The position numbers were made by a program, and so were the translations under genes. The notes under the pieces were generated by a model that made no database searches, had not been told where the DNA came from, and worked only from the letters and a program-made list of their open reading frames with translations. Shown here piece by piece: positions 17,773 to 27,098 of a DNA stretch of 64,000 nucleotides. Position 1 is the stretch's first letter. Every line of letters starts with the position of its first letter. The stretch comes from Thermoleophilia bacterium (GTDB lineage: Bacteria > Actinomycetota > Thermoleophilia > UBA2241). The DNA is taken from contig JAXGZO010000001.1 of assembly GCA_040776965.1 (NCBI GenBank), positions 483,498-547,497 on the forward strand, written 5' to 3'.

Positions 17773-19793
17773 CGGAGCACCCCTATCTTCGCGGCGGCCA
17801 GCAGGAGGAGGACGAGCGCGAGGAGGTACAGCATATAGGTGCGTACGCTGCCCGACTGGAGCCGCCGTGCGCGCTCCGCGGCGCTCAGCGCCCAGCGTAC
17901 GACCGGCTCGTAGAGCCGCGTCTCGAAGAGGTGGGGCACCTCGCTCTTGTAGGTGAGGTGTTGCGGCACGCCGCCCTCGGAGGTGAGCGTGACGCTTCGC
18001 TCGGGTCGCAAGATGCCCGCGAGCGAGAGCCTCATGAGCTTTGTGAAGCCGGCGGAGCTCCAGGAGAGCTGGGGCACGACCTGTTGTCCGCAGTTCCACA
18101 CCGGTGCCGAGGTCGCGGTGCGGCGGCCGCGGGCCGCACGGAGCACCGCGACGACGCAGACGAGCACGAGCGCGACGCCGAGGTTGGAGAGGCCGCCGGT
18201 GCCGGGCAGCGCGATGCCGAGGTGCGCGAGGGCGCCCTCGGTGGCCGGCGCCCACGTCGTGCTGCCGGATATCTCGGCGCCGATGCCGGCGAGGTGTGGG
18301 AAGAGGAGGCCGGGGGCGAGCCCCAGTCCCACGCAGAGGAGTGCGAGCAAGGAGGTGCCGACGACCATGCCGCGGGGCGCCTCATGGGCCTGCGCACACG
18401 CCTCGGAGCGCGTGGGGCCGAGCAAGGTGAGGCCGATCACTTTAATGAAGCAGAAGGCGGCGAGGGCGGCGGTGACCGCGAGGGCGGCAACGCAGAGCGC
18501 GCTCGTGACCATGCTGATGGCGCCCAAGCTCGCCCCGGGGAGCAACGAGCCCAGCACGGCGTCGCCACTGTTGGTGACGAGGTGGATGAGCGCTTGGAGG
18601 GTGAGCCACTCGGAGGCGAACCCATTGAGCGGCGGCAAGCCCGCTATGGCCATGCCGCCGAGCAAGAAGCCGGCGCCTGTGTACGGCATGGAGCGCAAGA
18701 GGCCGCCGAGCCGGTTGAGGTTGAGCCCATTGACGATTCGCGCAAAGGATCCCGCACCCAGGAAGAGGAGGCTCTTGTAGAGGGCGTGGTTGGCGATGTG
18801 GAAGAGGGCGGCGGCGAAGGCGATCGTGGCCCACACGGGTTGGTTGCTGGCGGCGAAGAGGAGGGAGGCGCCGAGCCCGAGGAGGATGATGCCGACGTTC
18901 TCGATGGTGCTGAAGGCCAGGAGCCGCTTGAGCTCCCGCTGGAAGAGGGCGTAGGCGATGCCCCCGAGCGCCGAGAGCGCGCCGAGCCCGAGGAGGAGGA
19001 GCGCGAGCCACACCGGCGTGGCGCCGAGCCACTCGAAGACGACGCGGATGAGGCCGTAGAGAGCCACTTTAACCATCACGCCCGACATGAGCGCGGAGAA
19101 GTGGCTGGGGGCGAGGGGGTGGGCCTGCGGCAGCCACGTGTGGAAGGGCATGGCACCGGCCTTGGTGCCGAACCCAATGACGGCGGCCACCGCGACGATG
19201 GCCTGCACGGCGCCTCCGGCCGCGCGGGTGGCGCCGGGGTCGCCGATGCCGCCCACCCCGGCCAAGAGCAGCAAGCAGATCCACACGCCGGCCGAGCCGA
19301 GGTGGGTGATCGCGAGGTAGGTGAAGACGGCGCTACGGGCCGTTTGCTCCTTGCGGGTGATGAGGATAGCCGCGGCGGGGATCAGCGTCATGAGCTCCCA
19401 GAAGAAGAGAAAACAGAGGGCGCTGCGCGCCGTGATTACGCCGGCCAGCGCGAGCACGAAGCCGGCGCTCAGCACGCCGAGCGAGCGGCTGTGCTCCGGG
19501 TCGTCGGCGTAGGCGCTCGCGTAGATCAGCACGGGGCAGGCGCAGAGCGCGAGGACCGTGAGGAAGAAGCCGGTGAGGGCGTCGAGGCCGAAGGTGAGGG
19601 CTACGCCGTTCGAGAAGGTCGCGCCGCCTCCGGGTGCGCGGCAGAGCAAGAGCACGCCGGCGGCCCCAAAGCAGGCCGCGCCGGCGGCTTGCAACGCGTA
19701 GGCGGGTACCCGTGCGCGGCGCACGAGGGCGAGCGATCCGCCAGCCAGGAGTACCCCCGTGCCGGCCAGCGCTAAGAGCTCTGTGGCCGTCAA
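17769..19793 (-). CDS. NuoL/HyfB-like antiporter-type membrane subunit
   Basis: Polytopic with WLPQAHPLAPSHFSALMSGVMVK. I place the start at TTG 19791-19793, giving about 674 aa. The ATG at 19928 would add about 45 Arg/Pro/His-rich residues. Start is uncertain. Confidence 0.8.
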   Translation of the reverse strand: MTATELLALAGTGVLLAGGSLALVRRARVPAYALQAAGAACFGAAGVLLLCRAPGGGATFSNGVALTFGLDALTGFFLTVLALCACPVLIYASAYADDPEHSRSLGVLSAGFVLALAGVITARSALCFLFFWELMTLIPAAAILITRKEQTARSAVFTYLAITHLGSAGVWICLLLLAGVGGIGDPGATRAAGGAVQAIVAVAAVIGFGTKAGAMPFHTWLPQAHPLAPSHFSALMSGVMVKVALYGLIRVVFEWLGATPVWLALLLLGLGALSALGGIAYALFQRELKRLLAFSTIENVGIILLGLGASLLFAASNQPVWATIAFAAALFHIANHALYKSLLFLGAGSFARIVNGLNLNRLGGLLRSMPYTGAGFLLGGMAIAGLPPLNGFASEWLTLQALIHLVTNSGDAVLGSLLPGASLGAISMVTSALCVAALAVTAALAAFCFIKVIGLTLLGPTRSEACAQAHEAPRGMVVGTSLLALLCVGLGLAPGLLFPHLAGIGAEISGSTTWAPATEGALAHLGIALPGTGGLSNLGVALVLVCVVAVLRAARGRRTATSAPVWNCGQQVVPQLSWSSAGFTKLMRLSLAGILRPERSVTLTSEGGVPQHLTYKSEVPHLFETRLYEPVVRWALSAAERARRLQSGSVRTYMLYLLALVLLLLAAAKIGVLR

Positions 19794-19944
19794 CGTGGGG
19801 GCTCGCCGGGGGTGTCGCCGCCGCGAGGGGAGCGCCGAGGGGGCTGGCGCATCATCGGCTGATCCTCTGTGGTGGGGGCGGCGTTCATCATGGTGCGGCG
19901 TAGTATATAAGACAGCGAGAGTCGGCACGCCGTCGGGGGGCTTA

Positions 19945-19984
19945 ACGACGAAGGGCGCCCGTGTGCACGGGCGCCCTTCGTCGT
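19945..19984 (-). terminator. Long GC-rich hairpin between the POR operon and the hydrogenase cluster
   Basis: acgacgaagggcgcccgtg...cacgggcgcccttcgtcgt. Arms of about 17-19 bp, 21 nt after the stop at 20005. No clear U-tract, so it could be a terminator, attenuator or processing site. Confidence 0.6.
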
Positions 19985-20004
19985 TCGCAACAGAGCTCGG
20001 CGGG

Positions 20005-23000
20005 TTACCGCAGCAGGCGGCCGTTGGCCTGGCGATGCTCCTGCCATTCGGCCTCGCTCGGCTCGCCGCACTTGCGCAAGAGCTTCCCCCATTCCTGGTC
20101 GACCCAAGCCTCGAGGTTGAGGAGGACCTCCTCGCTGCCGGGCTTAAAGAGGTGGGCGAAGCGCCCCTGCCGCTTGAGCCATGGAATCAGTGGCTGCTTA
20201 ACCTGCGGCCGGTAGGTGAGTCGGTACTCGCCGTCCTCCACCTCGAAGAGCGGCCAGTAGCAGGTGTTAACCGCCTCGCGGGCCATGTCGATGGAGTCGG
20301 CCGTCTCCGAGCGCCACCCGCGCGGGCAGGGCGCGAGGACGTTCAGGAAGGTCGGGCCGTCGAAGGCGAGGGCCTTGGCGGCCTTTCGCACGAGGTCGCG
20401 GGGGTCGTGCGGCGACGCCTGTGCCACGTACCGAATGCCGTGCGCGACCAAGATGTCGGTGAGGTTCTTGCGGTTCTGCAGCTTGCCGGCCTGCTCCCTG
20501 CCCACCGGGCTAGTGGTGGTCCAGGCGCCCAGCGGGGTGGCGCCGGAGCGCTGGAACCCGGTGTTCATGTAGGCGCCGTTGTCGTAGCAAACGTAGAGCA
20601 TGGCGTGGCCGCGCTCCATGGCACCGGAGAGCGCCTGCAGGCCGATGTCGTAGGTGCCGCCGTCGCCGCCGAAGGCGATGAACTTAACGTTCTCCTCTAT
20701 CTCGCCCTTCTTCTTGAGCGCGCGGAAGGCCGTCTCCACGCCGGAGAGGGAGGCCGCAGCGTTCTCGAAAGCCGAGTGGATGTAGCTGCTCTTCCAGGAG
20801 GTGTAGGGGTAGATCGTTGTGGAGACCTCCAGGCAGCCGGTGGCGGCGCTCACCACAACCGGGTCGTCCGTGCCCATGAGCACCTGCCGCACCACGACCG
20901 GGGCGCCGCAGCCGGCGCACATGCGGTGGCCGCCGGCGAGCATGCTGCCCTTGGCGACGAGCTCGAGCCACTTGGCGCGAGCGTCTTCGAAGTGGTTCGT
21001 CTGCTTAATGGCGCCGACCGGGCAGCTGTTGACACACTCGCTGCACATAATGCAACGGCTCTCGTCGAGGTTAAACGAGAGGAGCTCGCGCTGGTTGAAG
21101 GTGAGCGCGCCGGTGGGGCAGTCGGTGACGCAGCGCCCGCAGCTCACGCAGTCGGTGAGCTGAAGCGCCTCGCCGTAGGGCGTGTCGACCTTCATGGTGA
21201 ACCCGCGGTCGGTGAAGTCGTAGCACGCCGGTCCGGCTACCTCGCGGCAGGTGCGTACGCAGCGCCCGCACGAGATGCAGCGGTTCATGTCGCGGCGGAT
21301 AAAGGGGTGCTCGTACTGCGGCTCGACCTCGCGCACGCGACCGCCCTTAACGACCAGGTCGTTCTCGACGATGTTGTGCTCCACCGCGAGCCTCTGCAGG
21401 TCGCAGGAGCCGAGGCTCGGGCACTCGCACTGCAGGCAGCGCATGGCCTCGGCGCGTGCCGCCGCGAGGCTGTAGCCCTTCTCCACCTCGAGCTCGCCCT
21501 CGGTGAGACGCCGCGCTTTGCCGACCTTCGGCATAGTGGGGCGGGTCGCCGTCTCGGCGTTGATGCCCATGCTCAACCAGACCGGCGTGCGCTCGGCGAG
21601 GCGACGCCCGAGCTCGCTGAGGTCTTTCTCGGCGTCGAGCTGCTCTAAGTAGGGGAGGCTGGCGAAGTCGGCGAGTTGCTCCTCCAGCTCGCCGAGGTCC
21701 TCGCCGCGAAGCCAGGCGTCGACGGCGAGGGCCGCGCGCTTACCGGTCGCTACGGCGTGGATCACCGAGCGGGAACGGGCTATGGCGTCGCCGGCCGCGA
21801 AGACGCCCTCCTCCGAGGTGCGGCCCGTGTAGTAGTTGGCCCGCAGGCGGGTGTCGGTGTCGAGGGGCAGGTAGTCGGCGGTGTCGCCGAGCTTGGGTGT
21901 GTAGCCGGTGGCCAGCACGACGGTGGTGGCCTCGGCCGTAAAGACCGAGCCCTCGATCTCCGCCGCCGCGCCGTTTTTGCCGCCCACGCGCACGCACTCG
22001 ACGCCCTGTGCTCTGCCGGAGTCTGAGAGCACGCGCTTGGCTAGGGTGTTGAACTCGAACTTTACCCCCTCTTCGCGCGCCGCTGTGAGCTCGCGGGCGC
22101 CCGCGGGGAGGGTCTCGGGGGTGTTCGGCGAGATCACGACGACCTCGCTGGCCCCCTTGCGGCGGGCCGTACGCGCCACGTCGAGCGCCGTGATGCCGTC
22201 GCCGATCACGGCCACCGTGTCGGTGAGCTTAACGCTGCGCCCGGTGCGCGCCCGGCGCAGTACGTCGAGGCCGCGGAGGGCCGCTTTGTCGCCGGGGATA
22301 ACTTGCTTCGGCTCCTCCCAGGCGCCGACGCTGATGACCACGGCGTCGAACCCGGCGTCGAAGAGCCCGTCGGGGTCGACCTCGAACCCGAGCTCGGACT
22401 CGCCGACGAAGCGTACGCCGGCCTCCCAGAGCGGGGCGAGTTCCTTCTCGATGACCTTCTCCGGCAGGCGGAACTCGGGGATGCTGTAGCGGAGCGAGCC
22501 GCCGGGGCGCTCGTTGCCGTCGTAGAGCGTAACCTCGTTGCCGCGCTCGGTGAGGAACCAGGCGGCGGCGAGGCCGGCCGGGCCCGCGCCGATAACGGCG
22601 ATCCGCCGGCCGGTCGTGATGCCCGGGAACAGCTGCGGCTCGCTGTGGTCGGCGGCCGCCCGGTGCAGGGCGCAGATGGCGATGGGGTCGTCTACCTCGC
22701 CGCGGCGGCAGACGGGCTCACAGTAGCGCGGGCACACGCGCCCGAGGATGCCGGGGAAGGGCAGCTCCTCGCGCACGATCGTGGCCGCCGTCGCGGTGTC
22801 GCCGTCGGCGAGGGCCGCCATGTAGGCGGGGATGTCGACGTGCGTGGGGCACGCGTGTGAGCAAGGCGCCTCGCAGTACGAGTTGTGGTCGGAGAGGTAC
22901 ATCTTGAGGTAGCTCTCGCGCCGTGCGCGGATGCGCGGTGTGCTCGTTTGCACCACCATGCCGTCGGCGACGGTGGTGGTGCAGGCCGCCTGCGGCTTGT

Positions 23001-23190
23001 CCCAGCCCTCAACCTCGACCACGCAGAGGCGGCAGGCGCCCCACGCGGCCATACCGGCCTGGTGGCAGAGCGCCGGGATCTCGATGCCCTCCCGGCGTGC
23101 GACGTCGAGGAGTGTTTCGTCGCCTCGGGCGCTGATCTCCCTCCCGTCGATCGTGAGCTTAACGGTGGCTTTGGTGGTTCGTTGGCTCAC
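20005..23190 (-). CDS. Fusion protein: [2Fe-2S] NuoG-N-terminal domain + GltD-like Fe-S/FAD/NAD(P)H module + NuoG-type [4Fe-4S] domains + PorB (TPP-binding beta subunit of 2-oxoacid:ferredoxin oxidoreductase)
   Basis: 1061 aa. GGAAGGAGG RBS, GTGA overlap with the upstream gene. aa 8-88 LTIDGREI...CHQ...GACRLCVVEV. aa ~100-497 CPTHVDIP...RIAVIGAGPAGLAAAWFL...GGSLRYSIPEFRLP...VFAAGDA. aa ~585-730 CLQCECPSLGSCDLQ, CISCGRCVRTC, CVSCGRCVTDCP, CIMCSECVNSCP. aa ~745-1061 GHRMCAGCG...GGDGGTYDIGLQALSGA...CYDNGAYMNTGFQRS (PorB/TPP). Confidence 0.9.
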   Translation of the reverse strand: MSQRTTKATVKLTIDGREISARGDETLLDVARREGIEIPALCHQAGMAAWGACRLCVVEVEGWDKPQAACTTTVADGMVVQTSTPRIRARRESYLKMYLSDHNSYCEAPCSHACPTHVDIPAYMAALADGDTATAATIVREELPFPGILGRVCPRYCEPVCRRGEVDDPIAICALHRAAADHSEPQLFPGITTGRRIAVIGAGPAGLAAAWFLTERGNEVTLYDGNERPGGSLRYSIPEFRLPEKVIEKELAPLWEAGVRFVGESELGFEVDPDGLFDAGFDAVVISVGAWEEPKQVIPGDKAALRGLDVLRRARTGRSVKLTDTVAVIGDGITALDVARTARRKGASEVVVISPNTPETLPAGARELTAAREEGVKFEFNTLAKRVLSDSGRAQGVECVRVGGKNGAAAEIEGSVFTAEATTVVLATGYTPKLGDTADYLPLDTDTRLRANYYTGRTSEEGVFAAGDAIARSRSVIHAVATGKRAALAVDAWLRGEDLGELEEQLADFASLPYLEQLDAEKDLSELGRRLAERTPVWLSMGINAETATRPTMPKVGKARRLTEGELEVEKGYSLAAARAEAMRCLQCECPSLGSCDLQRLAVEHNIVENDLVVKGGRVREVEPQYEHPFIRRDMNRCISCGRCVRTCREVAGPACYDFTDRGFTMKVDTPYGEALQLTDCVSCGRCVTDCPTGALTFNQRELLSFNLDESRCIMCSECVNSCPVGAIKQTNHFEDARAKWLELVAKGSMLAGGHRMCAGCGAPVVVRQVLMGTDDPVVVSAATGCLEVSTTIYPYTSWKSSYIHSAFENAAASLSGVETAFRALKKKGEIEENVKFIAFGGDGGTYDIGLQALSGAMERGHAMLYVCYDNGAYMNTGFQRSGATPLGAWTTTSPVGREQAGKLQNRKNLTDILVAHGIRYVAQASPHDPRDLVRKAAKALAFDGPTFLNVLAPCPRGWRSETADSIDMAREAVNTCYWPLFEVEDGEYRLTYRPQVKQPLIPWLKRQGRFAHLFKPGSEEVLLNLEAWVDQEWGKLLRKCGEPSEAEWQEHRQANGRLLR

Positions 23191-25100
23191 CGTTGCCTCC
23201 TTCCGGCCGGCTTCAGTATGCCTGTCTCTATCGGAATCGCGCCGAACTTACAGACCTGACGGCAGGTGTCGCATTTCGTACAGAGCTTCTGATTGATGAC
23301 GTGTGGCTCCTTGCGCTCGCCGCTGATCGCCCCCACGGGGCAGACCTTGGAGCAGAGCGTGCACCCGGTGCAGGCGTTTTTGTCGATGGTGTAGCGGATA
23401 AGCGGCCGGCAAACCTTAGCGGGGCAGCGCTTGTCGACCACGTGCGCCATGACCTCCTCGCGGAAGTAACGGAGCATGCTGAGCACCGGGTTGGGCGCGC
23501 TGCCGCCGAGGGCGCAGAGGGAGCCCTCGATGATGTCTTCGGCGAGGCGCTCAAGGCGGTCCACGTCGGCCAGTGTGGCCTCGCCGCAGCTGATGCGCTC
23601 GAGGATCTCGAGCATACGGGTGGTACCCACGCGACACGGCACGCACTTCCCACAGCTCTCCTGCGCCGTGAACTGCAAGAAGAACTTGGCGAAGTCGACC
23701 ATGCAGGTGGCGTCGTCCACCACCACCATGCCGCCGGAGCCCATCATGGTGCCGTACTTGGTGAGGTTCTCGAAGTCGATCTCGGTGTCGAGGTGCTCGG
23801 CGCCGAGGCAGCCACCGGAGGGGCCACCGAGCTGCACGGCCTTAAACTCGCGGCCGGGTAGCATGCCGCCGCCTATGTCGAAGATCACGGTGCGCAGCGT
23901 GGCGCCCATGGGCACCTCGATGAGGCCGCCGTTGACGACCTTACCGGTGAGGGCGAAGATCTTGGTGCCCTTGCTGGTCTCGGTGCCGAGCGAGGCGTAG
24001 GCCTCGGCGCCGTTGGCGATGATCCACGGCACGCTCGCAAAGGTCTCCACGTTGTTGAGGTTGGTGGGCTGACCCCAGAGGCCGTGGGCCACGGTGCGGA
24101 TGTGCTTGCCGCGGGGCATACCCCTGCGGCCCTCGATGGAGGCGGTGAGGGCGGTGGACTCGCCGCAGACGAAGGCGCCGGCGCCCTCGTTGATGCGGAT
24201 GTCGAAGCTGAAGCCGGAGCCCAGGATGTTCTCGCCCAGGAGGTTGCGCTCGCGGGCGCGGTCGAGGGCGTGTTGGAGGCGCTCCACGGCGAAGGGGTAC
24301 TCGTGGCGTACGTACACGTAGCCCTCCACCGGGCCCACGCCCTGGCCGATCGCGTACGCGGCGATGAGCATGCCCTCAATGACGCTGTGCGGGTTGCCCT
24401 CCAGCACCGAGCGGTCCATGAACGCGCCGGGGTCGCCCTCGTCGGCGTTGCAGATGATGTAGTGCACCTCGCCGGGGTTGGCGCGGCAGAAGCGCCACTT
24501 CTTGCCGGCGGGGAACCCCGCACCGCCGCGGCCGCGCAGGCCGCTGGCCTCGACTGCGTCGATGACGGCCTCGGGGTCGTCGTCGATGAGGACCTTCGCT
24601 AGGGCCTTGTAGCCGCCTTGCGCGAGGTAATCGTCCAGCGAGTACGGGTCGATCTTGCCGTTGAGGCCGAGCACGAGGCGCTGCTGTAGCGCGTAGAAGG
24701 GGATCTCCGCCTCGTGGGCGATAGCCTCGCCGGTCTGCGGGTGCTTGTAGAGCAGCCGCTCCACAACGCCGTCGCCGACGACGCTCGTCTCGATGATCTC
24801 GTCGATGTCTTTAGGCTTGAGGCGCGGGTAGAAGAGGCCCTGTGGTCTGACGACCGCGATGGGGCCCTCTTCGCAGAAGCCGTGGCAGCCGGTCTCCACG
24901 ACGGCGACCTTGTCGCTCAGGCCGCGCTCGGCGAGGGAGGCGACGATGGCCTCGCGCAGGGCGACGCGGCCGGAGGCGTGGCAGGCCGTGCCGGCGCAGA
25001 TGCGGATCTCGACCTTCTCGTCGTCGGCGAGGTAGGCGCTGGCGTCTGCCGCTGCGGCGAGTGCCTTCTCGATCTTCGTAGCCTTTGCGGAGGCGGTCAT
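23187..25100 (-). CDS. NuoF/HydB-like FMN- and NAD(H)-binding flavoprotein with an N-terminal thioredoxin-like [2Fe-2S] and a C-terminal 2x[4Fe-4S]
   Basis: 637 aa. GLRGRGGAGFPAGKKW, ICNADEGDPGAF, ESCGKCVPCRVG, and C-terminal CTGCTLCSKVCP / CTKCDTCRQVC. ATGA overlap. Confidence 0.9.
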   Translation of the reverse strand: MTASAKATKIEKALAAAADASAYLADDEKVEIRICAGTACHASGRVALREAIVASLAERGLSDKVAVVETGCHGFCEEGPIAVVRPQGLFYPRLKPKDIDEIIETSVVGDGVVERLLYKHPQTGEAIAHEAEIPFYALQQRLVLGLNGKIDPYSLDDYLAQGGYKALAKVLIDDDPEAVIDAVEASGLRGRGGAGFPAGKKWRFCRANPGEVHYIICNADEGDPGAFMDRSVLEGNPHSVIEGMLIAAYAIGQGVGPVEGYVYVRHEYPFAVERLQHALDRARERNLLGENILGSGFSFDIRINEGAGAFVCGESTALTASIEGRRGMPRGKHIRTVAHGLWGQPTNLNNVETFASVPWIIANGAEAYASLGTETSKGTKIFALTGKVVNGGLIEVPMGATLRTVIFDIGGGMLPGREFKAVQLGGPSGGCLGAEHLDTEIDFENLTKYGTMMGSGGMVVVDDATCMVDFAKFFLQFTAQESCGKCVPCRVGTTRMLEILERISCGEATLADVDRLERLAEDIIEGSLCALGGSAPNPVLSMLRYFREEVMAHVVDKRCPAKVCRPLIRYTIDKNACTGCTLCSKVCPVGAISGERKEPHVINQKLCTKCDTCRQVCKFGAIPIETGILKPAGRRQR

Positions 25101-25891
25101 GGTGTCACCGCCTCTTTGCGGAGTTTACGAACCAATTTGCGTGCCTCGTTGGGGCCTATGCGGCCGAGCGTCTCGTCGTCGCCGATGCGCACCACGGGGG
25201 CGAGGGCGCAGGCGCCCACGCAGTTGACCGTCTGGAGGGTGAAGAGGCCGTCGGGTGTGGTGCCACCCACGGGGATCTCGAGCTCCTGGCTGAACGCCTC
25301 CACCACGAGCGGCGCGCCGGCCACGTGGCAGGCGGTGCCCATGCAGACGTCGATGATGTGCTTGCCGACGGGGGCGAGGCGAAACTGGCTGTAGAAGCTC
25401 GCGACGCCGTAGATGCTCGAGAGCGGGGTGTTCGTCTCGGTGGCGATGTCCTCGAGGGCCGCGCGCGGCAGGTAGCCGAACGCCGCTTGGGTCGCGTGGA
25501 GGGTCTGCGTGAGGCCCGCGCCGCTGCGAATGCCGGCGATCACGGGGTCGAGGAGTTTTTTGTCGAGCACGGGCTCGAAGCCCGTGGGCCGCTCAGCCGG
25601 TATGGCTGCGCGCTCGGCCTCCGGGTCGAAGGCGACTTCGTCGTACTCCGGGATGTAGTCGACCTCGATGCAGTTCGAGGGGCAGGAGCGCTCGCAGAGC
25701 CCGCAGGAGTAGCAGCGGTAGTCGCCGCCCTTCTCCTTGACGAGGTCGAAGAGGCCGACCCCGCGGGGCTTCGCGACGAGCTCGCGGTGCTCGAAGTCGA
25801 TGCCTTTAATAACTTCGTAGAGCGCCGAACCCTTGGGCTCGGTCGCCTTCGTCTTATTGCTCTGTGCGGTTCGTCTCGCCAACGCACTCAC
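25097..25891 (-). CDS. NuoE/HydC-like [2Fe-2S] protein with an extra N-terminal CxxCxxCxxxCP motif
   Basis: 264 aa. CYSCGLCERSCP near the N-terminus. NuoE core: VCMGTACHVAG...VNCVGACALAPV. GTG start 1 nt after the porA stop. Confidence 0.85.
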   Translation of the reverse strand: MSALARRTAQSNKTKATEPKGSALYEVIKGIDFEHRELVAKPRGVGLFDLVKEKGGDYRCYSCGLCERSCPSNCIEVDYIPEYDEVAFDPEAERAAIPAERPTGFEPVLDKKLLDPVIAGIRSGAGLTQTLHATQAAFGYLPRAALEDIATETNTPLSSIYGVASFYSQFRLAPVGKHIIDVCMGTACHVAGAPLVVEAFSQELEIPVGGTTPDGLFTLQTVNCVGACALAPVVRIGDDETLGRIGPNEARKLVRKLRKEAVTP

Positions 25892-25892
25892 C

Positions 25893-27095
25893 TCAGTCCG
25901 CGCGCAGGTTGAGGTAACGGCGCTCCGTGGAAGCCCGTCCTGTGCCCTGCGCAGCCTGCTCGAGCACGGCGAAGGCCTGCTCGACGTCGTGTGGGTAGAT
26001 ATCGCGGCCGCCCAGTCCGTAGACGAAGGGCAGCACCTGGGGGCGCGTGTCGCAGTCGTAGAGCGCCGCGCGCATTTCGAGGAAGAGGGGACCGCCCTGC
26101 GCGCCGAAGGAGTCCGCGCGGTCCATCACGCCGACCGCCTTGACGTGCTGCAGGGCCTCGGCGTACGCCGCGTAGGGGAAGGGCCGGAAGGCGCGCACGC
26201 GCACCATGCCGGCCTTAACGCCCCTGGCGCGGAGCTTGTCGACCGTCATGCGCGTGGTGCCGGCGGTGGAGCCGATCACCACGATCGCGATCTCGGCGTC
26301 GTCCAGACGGTAGGCGTCGAGGAGGCCGTACTGCCGGCCGGTGAGCTCGGCGTACTCGTCGGCGACGTCTTGAATGACCTTGAGGGCGCGGTCCATGGCG
26401 CGGTTCTGCGCCACCTTGTGCTCAAAGTACCAACCCCCGAGGCTGTCGAAGGGGCCCACAGTGACGGGGTTTTTGAGGTCGAGGAGCGGGTTGGTGGCGT
26501 GGTAGGCACCCACGAAGTCCTGCACCTGCTGCTTCTCGAGTATCTGCAGCGGGCCGATGGCGCCGCTGATGACGTAGCCGTCGTACATGTGCATGGTGGG
26601 GGTGCGCACGTCCATGTGCTCGGCGATGCGGATGGACATAATGCAGTTGTCGTAGGCCTCTTGGTGGTTCTCGCCGTAGATCTGCAGCCAGCCGGTGTCG
26701 CGCCCGCCCATCGTGTCGCTGTGGTCGCAGTGGATGTTAATGGGGCCGGAGAGGGCGCGGTTGACGGTGGTCATGACGATCGGCAGCCGGTAGGAGGCGG
26801 CGATAAAGAGGACCTCCCACATGAGGGCGAAGCCCTGGGAGGAGGTGGCCGTCATGGTGCGCGCGCCGGCGGCGGCCGAGCCGATAACGGCGCTCATCGC
26901 CGAGTGCTCGGACTCCACTGTGACGAACTCCGTGTCGACCTTGCCGTCGGCGACGTACTGCGCGTAGATCTGTACGACCTCGGTCTGCGGGGTGATGGGG
27001 TAGGCGCAGACTACATCCGGCTCGATCTGCGCCATGGCTGCGGCGACGGCTTCGTTGCCGGTAACCGCGAGGATTTCGGTAGCAGGAGAGGCCAT
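25893..27095 (-). CDS. porA: 2-oxoacid:ferredoxin oxidoreductase alpha subunit
   Basis: 400 aa. GNEAVAAAMAQIEPDVVCAYPITPQTE...ESEHSAMSAVIGSAAAGAR is typical of PorA/VorA. Confidence 0.9.
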   Translation of the reverse strand: MASPATEILAVTGNEAVAAAMAQIEPDVVCAYPITPQTEVVQIYAQYVADGKVDTEFVTVESEHSAMSAVIGSAAAGARTMTATSSQGFALMWEVLFIAASYRLPIVMTTVNRALSGPINIHCDHSDTMGGRDTGWLQIYGENHQEAYDNCIMSIRIAEHMDVRTPTMHMYDGYVISGAIGPLQILEKQQVQDFVGAYHATNPLLDLKNPVTVGPFDSLGGWYFEHKVAQNRAMDRALKVIQDVADEYAELTGRQYGLLDAYRLDDAEIAIVVIGSTAGTTRMTVDKLRARGVKAGMVRVRAFRPFPYAAYAEALQHVKAVGVMDRADSFGAQGGPLFLEMRAALYDCDTRPQVLPFVYGLGGRDIYPHDVEQAFAVLEQAAQGTGRASTERRYLNLRAD

Positions 27096-27098
27096 GGT

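Noticed and set aside
17652-21648. 707-aa and 629-aa plus-strand ORFs across HyfB and the PorB fusion.
   Set aside because: They are antisense artefacts of high G+C. They span an intergenic terminator region and two unrelated genes.
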